Part shown: positions 26,780 through 39,130 of the stretch, in pieces | Position numbering within the stretch: the first letter of the stretch is position 1 | How the letters are laid out: every line of letters starts with the position of its first letter | Source: Isurus oxyrinchus | Lineage: Eukaryota | DNA: 64,000 bases | Assembly: GCA_026770705.1 (NCBI GenBank) | Contig: JANJGN010000038.1 | Span: 12,276,001-12,340,000 of the forward strand | Direction of reading: 5' to 3' | Translations under genes and position numbers: made by a program | Notes under the pieces: generated by a model | Told to the model about the DNA's origin: nothing | Seen by the model: the letters and a program-made list of their open reading frames with translations, nothing else | Databases searched by the model: none

Positions 26780-27850
26780 GATATGCAAAACAACAGAGCT
26801 GTGACCAGTATTGTTGCACAGCTAGTGTAGTTGCGAATAATTTAAACTAAATTGGCCAAGCCTGTGCTCACCCAATTACTGGAATAAAAGCGAGAAACAA
26901 CATGAAGAAGGCAATGCTAGTTTTAGATCAAACTAGAAACGCAAAATTTAACCTATTTCATAGGCAATGCTACGAGGACACTGACATACCAGAATGTTGG
27001 AAAGAGGTAGGAAGAGGAGTTCCAATTTCAAAAGTCTACAGCAGCTGAATCAAAGTGGCAGATGGGACCTAACCCAGGAAATGCTAGATTTAGTAAAATG
27101 GCCAGTGAGGAACAATATCCATTTAATGTTAAGGTTCTAAACAGTGCGCAAGGACAGAGGGACCTGACGGTCCATGTGAATTGATATTCGAAGGTGCCCT
27201 GACATGTTGAAAGTATTGTTACAACAGGCTTTGGAATTTTCGAGTACATAAATCGAGAAATTGAGCATAAATACGAGGAAGCTGTGCTGAAACAATTTAC
27301 ACTCTGGTTAGACCACAATTAAATTGCTGTGTCCGTTTCTGGTCACCATGCACCAGATAAAATGTGTGTGTGTACTTTATGCAGTGTAGAGGAGATTTAC
27401 TCGAATGTTAACAGGGATGCGACGCCTTGGCAGCAATGTTCAGTGAGTGGAGCTTGGGTTGTTTTCATCGGAGGAAAGGGAATTGACGAGCTGTTTGGTA
27501 GAAACTTCCTAGATTAAACGGGTTGAGATAAGGTAGATAGCAGAAAATATGTTCCCAGTTACCGATCGTAAAGTTGCTTGGGTGCAACGTTTTAAGGACC
27601 GTGCAAAATGTGCTGGCAGCACGTGATGAACAAAAGTGTTTATGCAGCGAGTGGTCACGACCTCAAAGTGCTGCCTACAATTGTGGTGGAAACGGAGATG
27701 ACTCGTGATTTCAAATGGTAATGTGATAGCTACTTAACGGAAATAAACGTGAAGGGCCACTGAGATAAAATGGGGAGGAGGAGACTGACTGAATTGTGCT
27801 TCAGAGATCCTGAATGTTTGTGAAGGATTGAATGAATTCCTTCTGTCTCC
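26780..27850 (+). mobile_element. CR1-clade LINE remnant
   Basis: aagtggcagatgggacctaaccc (KWQM.FNP), actctggttagaccacaattaaattgctgtgtccgtttctggtcacc (TLVRPQL.CCVRFWSP) and a CR1 tail near 27830. Confidence 0.7.
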
Positions 27851-29118
27851 AAATGTCTTGGTAACGTTATGATATGATTACCCAATGTGAACATACAAAT
27901 GCAGAAAGCCAAATTGTTCACAGTGCGTTACTCTATCACCGTGGCCCTGTATCATCCCAAAACAATTTTGTCGGCCCTGCCCTCTCACTACAGGCCTGAA
28001 TGCATCGAAAATCATTCACTGTTTCGTCCATGTCCCTATGGTAAAAGAATCCTTGAAATTCACACATTGCTGCCTTTTCACTCCAGCCCTGTATAAATCC
28101 AACGGGCATTCATACAGCTCAGCTCTCTAATTACATGCCTGTCTCAGATCAAAACATTTCACATTGCCTAGCAATTCGCTTCAACATGGTACGAACCTGG
28201 AACAATTCACTCTACCCTTTTTTCTAAGTGTAAGCCTCCGGCAATCCAAAATATCTCACACTGATCTTTTTTTTTCCTCACAATAAGACTGTACCAATCC
28301 AAAATAGTTCACCATTTTCTTTCTTCTTACTATAGGCTAATATCAATCCAAAATAATTGGCACTGCCCATCATTCGCATTGCAGCACAGTATTCATTCAA
28401 AAATATTCCCATGACCCTGCTCTCTCATTAAATCCATGTATCGATCCTAATCAATTATTACTCCCTATGGCCTTTTCGAAATGTAACATTGATCCGACTG
28501 CTTTACTCCCCCACCGCCACTCCCCGCCCCCAACAACTGCTCTGTACGAATTCAAAACAACTCAGACAGCTACTCGGAGTTGTCGAACCAGCAAAATTCT
28601 GCCAGGGTAGAATATTACTACAGGTATACTACAGTAAGAAAAAACTCTTTAACAGTTTACCACTATCCGCACTTAGAAAGCAAACTTACGATTTCTACGA
28701 TATTGTTACTTATATGTGGGTTCATGAGGTTTTCAGTATGAGGCTACAACTCATATGTATATCACTACTATATCACCGAATATAACCTAGCAATGCTATG
28801 CAAGAAAGCATAAGATTATAAATCCACTTTATTCAACAATCTGGATAGTCAAACAAATATTGATTTGAAGAAGTTATTCTTAAAATCCAGTATAATTTCT
28901 TAATCGTAGAGTGTACATTTGTCTTACCTTTTCAACGGAATTCTCTCATAACTCAATCCTTTGTATCCTAAAGATGGCTGAGCTATGTCTCTGTAGTTAA
29001 GTGTCTGGGTAATGGCTTTTACAGGGACATGCGTCTTGTCTCTGTAGCTTACTGTACTATCTGGCATTGTTCATTGTATTCTATATTTTTTTCCAAAACT
29101 AGTTCTTATCAACATTTG

Positions 29119-32100
29119 CTTAACTGTGAATCCTTGAGGGTCAGATGTTTACTATTAGCTTCTACCGGTTTTTGGCTGCGCTCCAAGGGCAAGACATTCA
29201 AGATTGATTTATATGTTCCAAGGCGCGCTGTTTCTTGTGTTGACAGGAATTTTGACAATGATACAGATGATGTATAATATAGTTTAATTTGTACTTCAAT
29301 ATTGTAATTTACACCTCAATTGTTTCATTAAACGGGTCATTTATTTTACATGCATAGATGTTAATTTACATTGATATCGATGTAAATTTAAGTCACGATG
29401 CCTGCGGTGTGTACAAAGCTCATCTAATTTGTTGATGGATAATGTGAATACAGTGCAATTGACAGGCGGTGCCAGCTGATTCACAGGATTTGTATGTGGG
29501 CCTGTTTTTCATCGCATTTAGAAGGTTCAAAATGAAGCAGCAGTAAGTTTCGTATCCAAATTGCTGCCGAAAATAAGCCATGTGGTACACTAAATAGTTT
29601 AGAGAAGAACAGAACATTGCGAAGGGCTGTCGTTGGATAACTGAATGAGCAAACTGTAGGAGAAGGAATACCATTTGGGGAAGGCTGTTTTTCTCTGGCG
29701 CTTTAAGCTTAACCATTGCACGTCACCATATTTTCTAATTAGGGTGAAACTATAAATGATAGTGGTAAGTATTTTCCATGTTTTTGTTTACCCGCCACAT
29801 GTTTATTGGTGTTTGACTAACAATGCGTAAATTTAACATCAATCATTGCAGTCGCTGAACTGTGATGATCATTTTTAACTCCGTTGCTGCGGTTAACAGC
29901 TGCATTCAATTCTCCTTAGTAGTGCACTTCGTTGTCCAGCCTGTGTGATACGCTTCGGAGCCGGAATTCATTATTCTCGTAGCCATTTTATTTAACTGAG
30001 CTAAATTTTGAAATTTCAGTGTTCGTTCGGAAAGCCCTGGGTTTGTTCCCTACTTCCGATCGCGTGTCTGTAGCCCAGCTCCATGCCGCTGAGATAGTCC
30101 AGCACTTTCTACTCTGTCGTCCTTCTGACGAGGCTGTAAACCGAAGTCTTTCTGCTTTATCAGTTGAAAATCCTCACTACAGCTGCGAGACCTCATCTCC
30201 CACTACAGCAGTCACTGAACTGAAAAAAAAGACCTTGATGCGCTTTGACTTGTTTCCACAGGGGCAAAACCCAAATTTAGTCAAAGGTGTTCGCTCATTT
30301 TTTTTTTTCATCGTACCTTGGTTCCTTCTGATACTTATTAGGAATTCGTTATTACCCATACCTTATTTCCTGTCATTAGATTGGTTTCATTATTATAGTG
30401 GTTTAAAGTTTCATAACGTTATTATTTACTTATTTTTAAATGAATAAATGAATTGAGATTTTATATGTATTTTATGCCATTTTCAGGTTGTCCTTTTGTC
30501 AATTTAATACGTTAGTGAAGATCAATTCCTTCTACTTCTAGATTACATAAAATTTACAGGAATCGGAAAGTAAGTGCTTTGTGTCATTTTATATTCCGAC
30601 TTCCACTTTATCTGGGACAATATAAATAAAAAACGGACCAGCATTTATACATTGGTAAACTAATCAGTTCCAGCGTTGAATAAAGTATTGATGGTCCAGA
30701 TGCCATACTATTCTTCTGCCAAACGGATGTTGTAGCTGGGAAATTCAGCACTAATTCTTCTCTACACTCTCCTCTCTCTCTCTCTCTCTCTAGCTTAGAG
30801 CTAACTTTCTGACTATCGTGAAATGTTCCCGAGGAAGATGTGATCTTTCTAGATACGCAGTGTCCATGGCGGTGATAGATTTCCTTTGTATTTTCATTAC
30901 AATGGTATTAAGCCGGTTTACGGCTGTTTATTTTACAGTCAGTTTTCTGAATCACTCAAAATACGAAACAGAAACATTCTGAATCTGAATTCATTGTATT
31001 CTACGTAATTTTTCCGGAATTAAATCTTTTCCATCTTTTTTTTAACTGTGAAGCCTTGAGGGTCAAATGTCTACTGTTTAGCTTCTCCGGATGTTTGGCT
31101 GTCCTCCAACAGCAAATAATTCAAGGTTGCTTTATGTGTTCCCGCGATTTCTGTGTCTTGTATTCAAGGACTTTTTGGCAATGATACAAATGCTGCAAAA
31201 TGTAGTTTAATTGTTACTTCAATAATGTCATTAACACCTGAATTTCTTAGTCAAACAGGTCGTTTATTTTACATGCCTAGATGTTAATTTATATTGATAT
31301 CGACATAAATTTAAATAGCGATGGCTGTGGTGTGTACAAAGCTCATTTAATTTGTTGATGGATAAAGTGAATTCATTTCAACTGACAGGGTGTGACAGCT
31401 GATTCGCAAGATTTGTATTTGGGTCTCAGCTTTTCACCGCATTTAAAGGTTCGAAATGAAGCAATAGTAAGTTTCGTATCCAAATTGCTGCCAAAAATAA
31501 GCCATGTGGCACAGTAAATATTTTAGATAAGAAGAGGACATTGCGAAGGGTTGTTGTTGCATAACTGAATGAGCAAACTGTGGAAGAAGGAATATAATTT
31601 GTGGGAGGGAGTTTTTTTTTGTGGCGCTTTGAGCTTAACCATTACAGATCAGCATATGTTCTAATTGGCGCGAAACTATAAATGATAGTGGTATGTATTT
31701 TTCCATATTTTTGTTTACCCTCCACATGTTTATTCGTAAATTTATCAAATTGTTGCAATCGATGAACAGTTACGAAGACTTTTTTTTTTTAACTCTGTTG
31801 CTAATGTTAACTGCCCCATTCAATTCTCCTAAGATGCATTTTGTTGTCAAGGCTGTGTGATACTCATCGGAACCAGTATTTATTATGCTCACAGCCACTT
31901 TATTTCGGGAATCTACATTTTGAAATATCAGTGTTCAAGCCCTGTGTTTGAGCCCTACTCCCGATCTCGAGTCCCTAAACTAGCTGCATACTCCTGAGGA
32001 AGGACAGCACTACCTGCTCTGTCGCTCGTTTGATGAGACTCTAAACGGAGGACTTTCTGCTTCTTCAATTACAAATCTTCACTAATAATACGAGACCTAA

Positions 32101-32875
32101 TCTCCCACTACAGCAATCATTGAGCTGCAAAAAAAAACCCCGCTGATGCTGTTTGACCTGTTTCCACAGGAACTAAACCCGAATTGAATCAATGGCGTTC
32201 GTTCAACTTTATTTTCCATCGTCCGTGGTTCCCTCATTTATTTCTTAGGAATAAGTTATTACCCATATTTTATTTCCTGTCATTCGATTGCTCTAAGTAT
32301 TATAGCGGTTTAACATTTCATAACGTTATTATTTACCGGAATTTAAACGACTAAATGTATTGATTTATTATCTATACGTTATGCCATCTTCAGGCTGTCC
32401 TTTTGTCTATTTAATACGTTAATCCTGTTCAATTCCTGCTATTTCTAGATTGCATAAACTTTACAGAAATCAGAAAATAAGTGTTTTGTGTTATTTCATG
32501 TTCCAATTTCCAATGTATTTGGGACAATATTAACAAAAAAACCACACTACGTTACTAAATTAATCAGTTCCAGCGTTGAATCAAGTATTCATGATATAAA
32601 TTCCATACCCTCTCCCACCAAACTGCAGGTGTAGCTGAGAGTTTCAGCACTAATTCTGTTCCTCTCTCTCTCCTCTTTCTCTCTCTCGCTCTCTGCCTTA
32701 CAGCTAACTTTCTAATGATTGTGATCTTCTCCCGAGCAATTTGTGGTTTCTCCTGATGTATCACGCAGTATCTGGTATCCATGGTGGTGACAGATCTCCT
32801 TGTCATTAGCATTACCGTGACATTAAGCCCATTTCCGGCTGTTTATTTTCCAGTCAGTTTTCTGTCCACCATTCC
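29119..32875 (+). repeat. Local tandem duplication, about 1.85-kb unit (29119-30957 and 31042-32875): GPCR intron plus start of exon 2
   Basis: Collinear similarity, e.g. ttaactgtgaatccttgagggtcagatg vs ttaactgtgaagccttgagggtcaaatg, and agtaagtttcgtatccaaattgctgcc in both units. Confidence 0.9.
30801..30957 (+). pseudogene. GPR139-like exon 2 5' fragment
   Basis: After a CT-repeat acceptor: ctaactttctgactatcgtgaaatgttcccgaggaagatgt (NFLTIVKCSRGRC), ...VSMAVID..., ...VYFTVSFL; then the homology stops. Confidence 0.75.
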
Positions 32876-33604
32876 TCTATGTCGTCCTTGTTGCTTTAAA
32901 CTCTGGTTCGAAAGGTTGTACTCTCTGGTCAACTTTCAAGTTCACCTTTTACTGTTCCCTAGCCATTTGTCACCAGGAGCTGAAAATGAAATACTGCAGT
33001 TAGAAAACAGCAGCTGGAAATTTAAGAATGACCTGTGTGCAGTCCTCTTTGATAAACACCCCTTTTTATTTCATGTATGAACTTATTTATATCGTTAACA
33101 ACGTAACTCTATCATAGATGATGCATTTTATATTTTATTTCCATGGAGAATGTTTGACTGGCTGGACTGTATTCTAACCCCTTGTCTCTCCTTTCTCCTG
33201 ACTTTGCTGCTCGATATTGAGACATCCTGAAATATTTTACTGGTAAGTAAATCCTGCAGCAGACTCTGATCCCACAGGAATGGAGAGAATCAGAGTGACT
33301 CAGAGATGAAGAGCCACAGCAAGTCTATTGTTGTACTCTTCTCCATCTCAGGCAGTTTCCTCCAGCTGGCCTTGACGCATATTGTACGTTTCCTGTTTGC
33401 ACAAAGTATGGGAAATAGCTGATCTATCAGTTCCATTTCCATTGACACAAAATTTATTCTGCAGCAAATCCGACAGTGTTTTTAACTCCTTAGACCCTGT
33501 AAGAATACATTTATATATGCAGGGACCCAGACTAAATACAAAGCGGAGCTGAAAAGGGCGTTTAAATACTCTTTCAATCTATTGCCAAATGGCATAAACA
33601 GTGA
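32704..33604 (+). pseudogene. GPR139/GPR142-like GPCR, copy C, exon 2, heavily disabled
   Basis: cag|CT AAC TTT CTA ATG: NFLMIVIFSRAICGFS*CITQYLVSMVVTDLLVI...; later NGENQSDSEMKSHSKSIVVLFSISGSF and NTFIYAGTQTKYKAELK. Several stops and frameshifts; exon 1 not recognised. Confidence 0.88.
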
Positions 33605-34430
33605 CAATGGCTGGATATTTATTTGAAGTCATTGAGATCAAAAGAGATGAGAGTCGCTGTAAGCGTTTTGGCCCAACAATCCAGCTCCAACATACAGTAA
33701 GTTCATGACTGATGTGATCCTGGCCTTAACTCCATTTTCCTGACAGACTGAGTAACCATTGGATCTCTTGTCGATCAATAATTTGTATAACTATGCCTTA
33801 AATATATTTAGTGCCTCTGCCGTGTCTTGTTTTCTGGAGAAGACAATTCCAAAGTCTCTGGAACCTCCTCATCCCCTGGTGCTTTGCCTAAGAGCCTTCC
33901 TTTAGCATTAAAAATAGACCTGGATTTTGTCATGGAAAATCACAATAAATAAAATCTCTCCGGCCCAGATCAGTCTGCACTGAAAAGCATGCTGCAGAAC
34001 TGTAATTGTGCAAATTGAATGTAAGCTCATTGATCAAGCCATCTGCACACGAAGCATAGCAACTAAGAAGTTAAAATGTTCACGCTGACAGTAACAGTGA
34101 CCAGTTGGGACTGTCCACCACAGAAGCTCATATTAAAAGTAAGAATGCAGAACTAAACCAATCCATTCTGAATGCAAATGTCCATGTACACATTCATTAG
34201 CACCGAGCAGACTTCAATACGTCTACACAAAACATAACCATGCCCAGCCGGTCCTGTCTCTATCGAATACAGCAGTAATGAAATTGAGTATTCTACATGG
34301 AAAGTAATCATGCTGAAGTGAAATTTTCCACAGCAAGAAAGAAACTGTTCACAGCCGGGGCTGTGCACATGGTACATTTTTGTGTTCCACCGGACAAACT
34401 TGACAATAACAGGGCTAATAGTCATCTATG

Positions 34431-34911
34431 TACATTCAGTGTAACAAGATAGAAATTGGCCTGTTCGTACTGAGTGCAGCTGTGCGCAAATTAACCTGAA
34501 TTCAGTTAATGCAATTTACTGAACTGGACAGTCACAATAGCGTGATTTACCCCTAAACTGGTTTTCCACTAAACAGTGATTGCAAGCGGGCTGGGCGAGA
34601 CTCTTTACATGGCATATAACCATGTCGATCTGGAGTGCTCCACCATTAATTTAATCGGGCTCAACAGGAGGTTATCTTCTCTGAATGTGAGTGCACTGAG
34701 CTTAGCCTGAAAGCACAAAGCACACACGTCCTGAACTGGATGTTGCCACACAAAATGTACATTCACACACCAGTGCACATTCGTTATTGCCGGGATTGAC
34801 ATGGCTACACTAACTGAATTGAACTAGTCCAAATGGAAGTAACCGTGCCAAACTAGGCGTGCACACTGTGAATATAATCGTGCCGAGCTGCACATTTCTA
34901 CACTGAATGTA
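34431..34911. mobile_element. MITE-like element with terminal inverted repeats
   Basis: tacattcagtgta (34431-34443) and its exact reverse complement tacactgaatgta (34899-34911). Related sequence near 23870. Confidence 0.45.
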
Positions 34912-34924
34912 AATACCCTAAATG

Positions 34925-36530
34925 GAATTAAACAGGAAACGATGGAAATACTCAAGATATCCGGCAGCATGTGACCTTTTATCAGAGCAGGCAAAAGTAA
35001 CAGACGGAACAGTTTTTATGTAAGTATAGAGGCAAAAAACGAATGTGGGGAAGCAAGATCAAAAGGAGATGCTTCTGGCAAAGGGGAAAACAGCAGAATT
35101 CAAATGACAAAAACAGTGATATTGGAGGTCAAAGTGGAACAAGGAAAAGCAGAATCAGAATGTCTAAAAGACGGCAAACTGTCTATAACAGAATCGAAAT
35201 CAACAAATGTTTTCCCAACGGAACAACAAAGAGCAAAGAAGGAAGAAAAATGCAGTGGATGTGATCACGATTGTTGCAATTTATGGAAAATACAAAAGCC
35301 TAGAAAGTGCCTTAAGGAACTATCAGATTTTACTCCTGGAGCATATGCTCCATGTTAAAGTGAGAGCAGAACAGATAATTAGGGTGACAAGTGACCAGAA
35401 GATCACACTTGTGGACTGAATGGATGTATCTGAGAAATGATCACCAATCTACACTTAACCTCCAGAATGTAGAGCAGGCTGCATATTGAGCAGTGAACAG
35501 GGTATACTCAATGGACAGAAGTTCAAACAAATCGATTTTCCATTTGGAAGCATTGTTTGGGACGTAGGACAGAGAGAAGGGCAGGGAGACAGGGGCTGGC
35601 GTTGCATGTTCATTGCGTGCATGGGAACGTTCTTCAGAAAAGGAAGGGTTGGATTGCTTGAGGAGGAGACAAGTGCGGAGTGGAGCAAATGACCCATTCT
35701 CAATATTAAGGTGTAGAGGTGAGTTGCACATATTGGGCAGTGACAACATGCCGGATGTGTTTGAAAATGCAGAGGTGGACCAAATGATACTGGAGGTGTG
35801 TTGAATGGTAGGCAAGGGCAAGGAGAAGCCTATTGTGGATCTTGGAGGGGGAGAAGGTGTGAAAGCAGAAGTGTGAGACATGATACGTGCACGGCGCTGT
35901 GTTCTGTCAACCACGGTGCGCTGGAAATACTCGGCTGAAGTAATTGGAAGCTCTATTGGAGAAAGCTAGAAGGGATAATCGAACATATTCAGCAGAAACT
36001 GAGATTCTGAGAGAACAGAAAAGTTCCTTTCCAGTAAGAGATGTGCATGGATGTGTATTCAAGATAACTGGGTGTTGGTGAGCTTCTGTTGAATATTGGG
36101 CCATAGCCAATTCCCCGATGTGTCCACATCAAAGCTGCAGAAGGAAATATAAATTTCAAACATGGAACAAATAAGGGCATGGGGAGGGTTACATTCCAAA
36201 GCAAACGTAACCTCATTTTCCAGTTCAGGGGTTGAACGAGATCAACACTGATCTGGTCATGAATATACCAGGAAGAAGTGTGATGGAGGTGCCTGAGTGG
36301 GACTGGAACAATGATTCTGCTGCAAATCCATCTAAAAGCCAAACAGAAATAGGACACATGCCAACACCCATAGCATTGGCGTTTCATTTACAGAGTTTTC
36401 GTCGTGAGTTGACGTCCAAGCAGGCAGAGAGGCTGATGATGGATGGCTACTGATTGGTTCCTCATTCCAGAAGGGAAAGGGAGCCACATTACACGTGATC
36501 CGTGTACACACGGGCTGAAAAATGATCAAG
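34925..36530 (-). mobile_element. Penelope-like retroelement family 1 (RT plus GIY-YIG remnants)
   Basis: Minus strand NAMGVGMCP (cf. Penelope RT G.AMG..MGP) near 36350-36380, and HCSICSLLYILE (cf. C..C...YIGET) near 35460-35500. Family terminal sequence at ~34925-34990. Confidence 0.7.
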
Positions 36531-36823
36531 AGTGAGAACTTTGTAATGTTTTCCTGCGGGGTTTAAAGCCATGGATGCTCGTGCACAGTTCTCACTTTCA
36601 CAATTACAATCGCTTATTTGGCTTGTTATTTAAATTTTAGGAAAAAATGCAACTTGGACCGTACTCTCCTATCAGATTATTTCAATTTGGAGCCGCGCCA
36701 GTGTGCTTGAAAACAGATTCCATTCCATCAAAAACATAAACGCGAGCGCGGCAGCAGCTGCACTAAAATGTTTTTTTTTTCAGTTAGTGTAATTAATGTA
36801 AAAGGCCAAACCTTCCCTTTGTC

Positions 36824-36850
36824 TCCCTAGAGTCCGACATCATGTATAAA
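36824..36850 (+). promoter_or_regulatory. Copy D proximal promoter: TCCCTAGAG + TATAAA
   Basis: TATAAA at 36845-36850, 57 nt before ATG 36902. O/E-like site at 36824-36832; TAATTA further upstream at 36790-36795. Confidence 0.55.
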
Positions 36851-36901
36851 TGTAACAGTCTTTCGGTGTAGCACAGAGCACACTCGGAGCTTTTGAGAGA
36901 A

Positions 36902-39130
36902 ATGCATGGGATACCAGAAGGTCTGGTGTTCGCCATTTACTATCCCGTTCTTGCAGCTATTGGTATTCCAGGTAAAGTATTAGGGTTAGTTACCAGTTAC
37001 CAGAATCATTTTTCTATCACTTCTTTAATTTAGCTGTATTGCTTCTCTATGGTTCACCCTATTAACAGGATAATTTGTTATTTATAATGTTTTCCCTTTT
37101 TTGCAGTATCCTTATCTCTACGTTTAATACATTCTTCTTTTAATTGATATTAAACCTTCCCTTTCCTCGCAATATTACTGCTCATTACTGGTCTCTTTTC
37201 TCCACTTTAAGGGTATCATTTCTCCCCTTCACGAGAACAGTTTCTTCCCATTGCCAGTATACTTACTTCCATTTCAGGGATTACTATGTTTGCTTCACCA
37301 ATGCCTTTTCATCTCTTTAATTAAAAAGTTTCTCCCACTTAGCAGTGCGGTCTCTCAGTCTAAGTGAAATTAGATGTTGTTATTGTCATTATTAATGTGG
37401 GCGAAGTATTTAGCACACTAATATCACAGTGCAATGTAGATCAATTGTATTATTGGCACTGTCACCATGGATGATTTATTACGCTGTAAATGTAGCTCTA
37501 TTGTGTTATTTTCACAGCTATTGAATTACCTCACTTTGCCATGTGCATATATTGCTCCTTGCACTGGAATGTGAATAACAGCTATTTCTTAAGTTAGATT
37601 TTGTATTCACGAGTTATTGGACCGTTCCTCAGTCTTTTGTTTTAGCTGAAATATAGCATATCGGGCAGTGCAACGTTGCTGAAGTCCATCAGTTGGACTT
37701 GAATGCTAAACCTTTTGAATCAAAAGTGAGATTGCTACAAATTGAGCCACACCTGATCCATAGTAAGCATGATCTGCTTTACTCGTGGCTGTGAAGCCTT
37801 GTTCCTTTAACTTCGAATTGTTGCAGCTAAGATGCATCAGATCTCCTTCATCTTTTTTTCAGTTAAGTACTAGCTTTTTTTTTGCTGAACTTTTTTCAAG
37901 CTCTGTAAAGTATTTGTTAACCTTCGATTTTCCAGTGTTTCAGAGTATTCTTATATTTTCCCGTCGCTAAACATTAGATGAGAACAACATTGATTGTATT
38001 TCAGAGTCACAATCCAGGACGTTCAATGTTCACCTTGGGTGAGCCCTTAGTGTTGCTGACAGTACAGAACAGATTGCTGTGTTTTAGGTTATTTTCCTCT
38101 AGATCATTTCTCTGACATGCTAACTTGTTCCTCTCTTTTCAACTGCTGCTTGAATGAGAATTTCCAACATTTTATGTTATAAATTTCTTTCTCAACATCT
38201 GATATTCACTGGCTGCGTTTCGCTGTCACAGCTAATCTGGCAGTGATTCTGATACTGCCTCGAGGAAGATGCGGTCTCTCAAAATGTATCACTTACTACC
38301 TGATGTCCATGGCCGTGACGGATCTCCTTGTCGGGATCACAGTTGTGTTATTAAACCGGGTTATAGGTATTTATTTCCCATTCAGTCTCTTGTCCATCAC
38401 TCCGGTCTTCAGCCTCAGACTTGTGCTAATTTATTGTGTCATCGATTCTTCTGTCTGTGTCACCTTTGACCGATTTGTAGCCATTTGCTGCCAGAAGCTG
38501 AAAACTAAATATTGCACTGAGAAAATGGCGGCTGCGGTGATAGGAACTGTCTGTGTACTGAACTGTGTTAAAAGCATCCCCTTGTATTTTATGTGTGAGC
38601 CTGCCTTTATCATTGACAATATACCCTGGCAATGCAACACAAAATCAATATTTTATACATCACCTGCATGGGTCGCTTAAGAAAGCATAATCGCCGTGTT
38701 AATCCTCTGCCTCTCATTCGTCCTTATTTTACTGCTCAATGCTCTGACCATCAGACACATTGTAGCGGCCAGTCGAGCCCGCAGGAGACTCCGGATCCAG
38801 AGCAATGGAGAGAATCAAAGTGACCCAGAGATGCAGAAGAGAAGGAAGTCCATGGTTTTGCTCTTCTGTATCTCGGGCAGTTTCATCCTGTTATATTTGT
38901 TAAGACTTATAAACTTCCTCTATGTCCGAATTGCGAATCTTAGCTATGTGGACTCTACCAATATCAATGAATCAAATTTTCTTATGGAGGAAAGCGCACG
39001 TATGCTTCAACTTCTGAGTTCCTGCGTCAATCCGTTTATTTATGCAGGGACCCAGAGTAAATTCAGAGAAGAGTTAAAGAATGGTGTGAAATTCCCACTG
39101 AATCTGCTTGTTAAATTATTTAAAAGATGA
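36902..39130 (+). pseudogene. GPR139/GPR142-like GPCR, copy D (exon 1 36902-36971; exon 2 38232-39130)
   Basis: Exon 1 MHGIPEGLVFAIYYPVLAAIGIP (G|gtaaag); exon 2 cag|CT AAT CTG GCA. ORFs 38243-38680 and 38696-39130 are in the same frame, separated by one TAA (38678-38680). There is also a 4-codon deletion in TM3 (SSVCVTFDRF vs SSVWVTAAFTFDRF). TM7 reads NPFIY. Confidence 0.92.
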
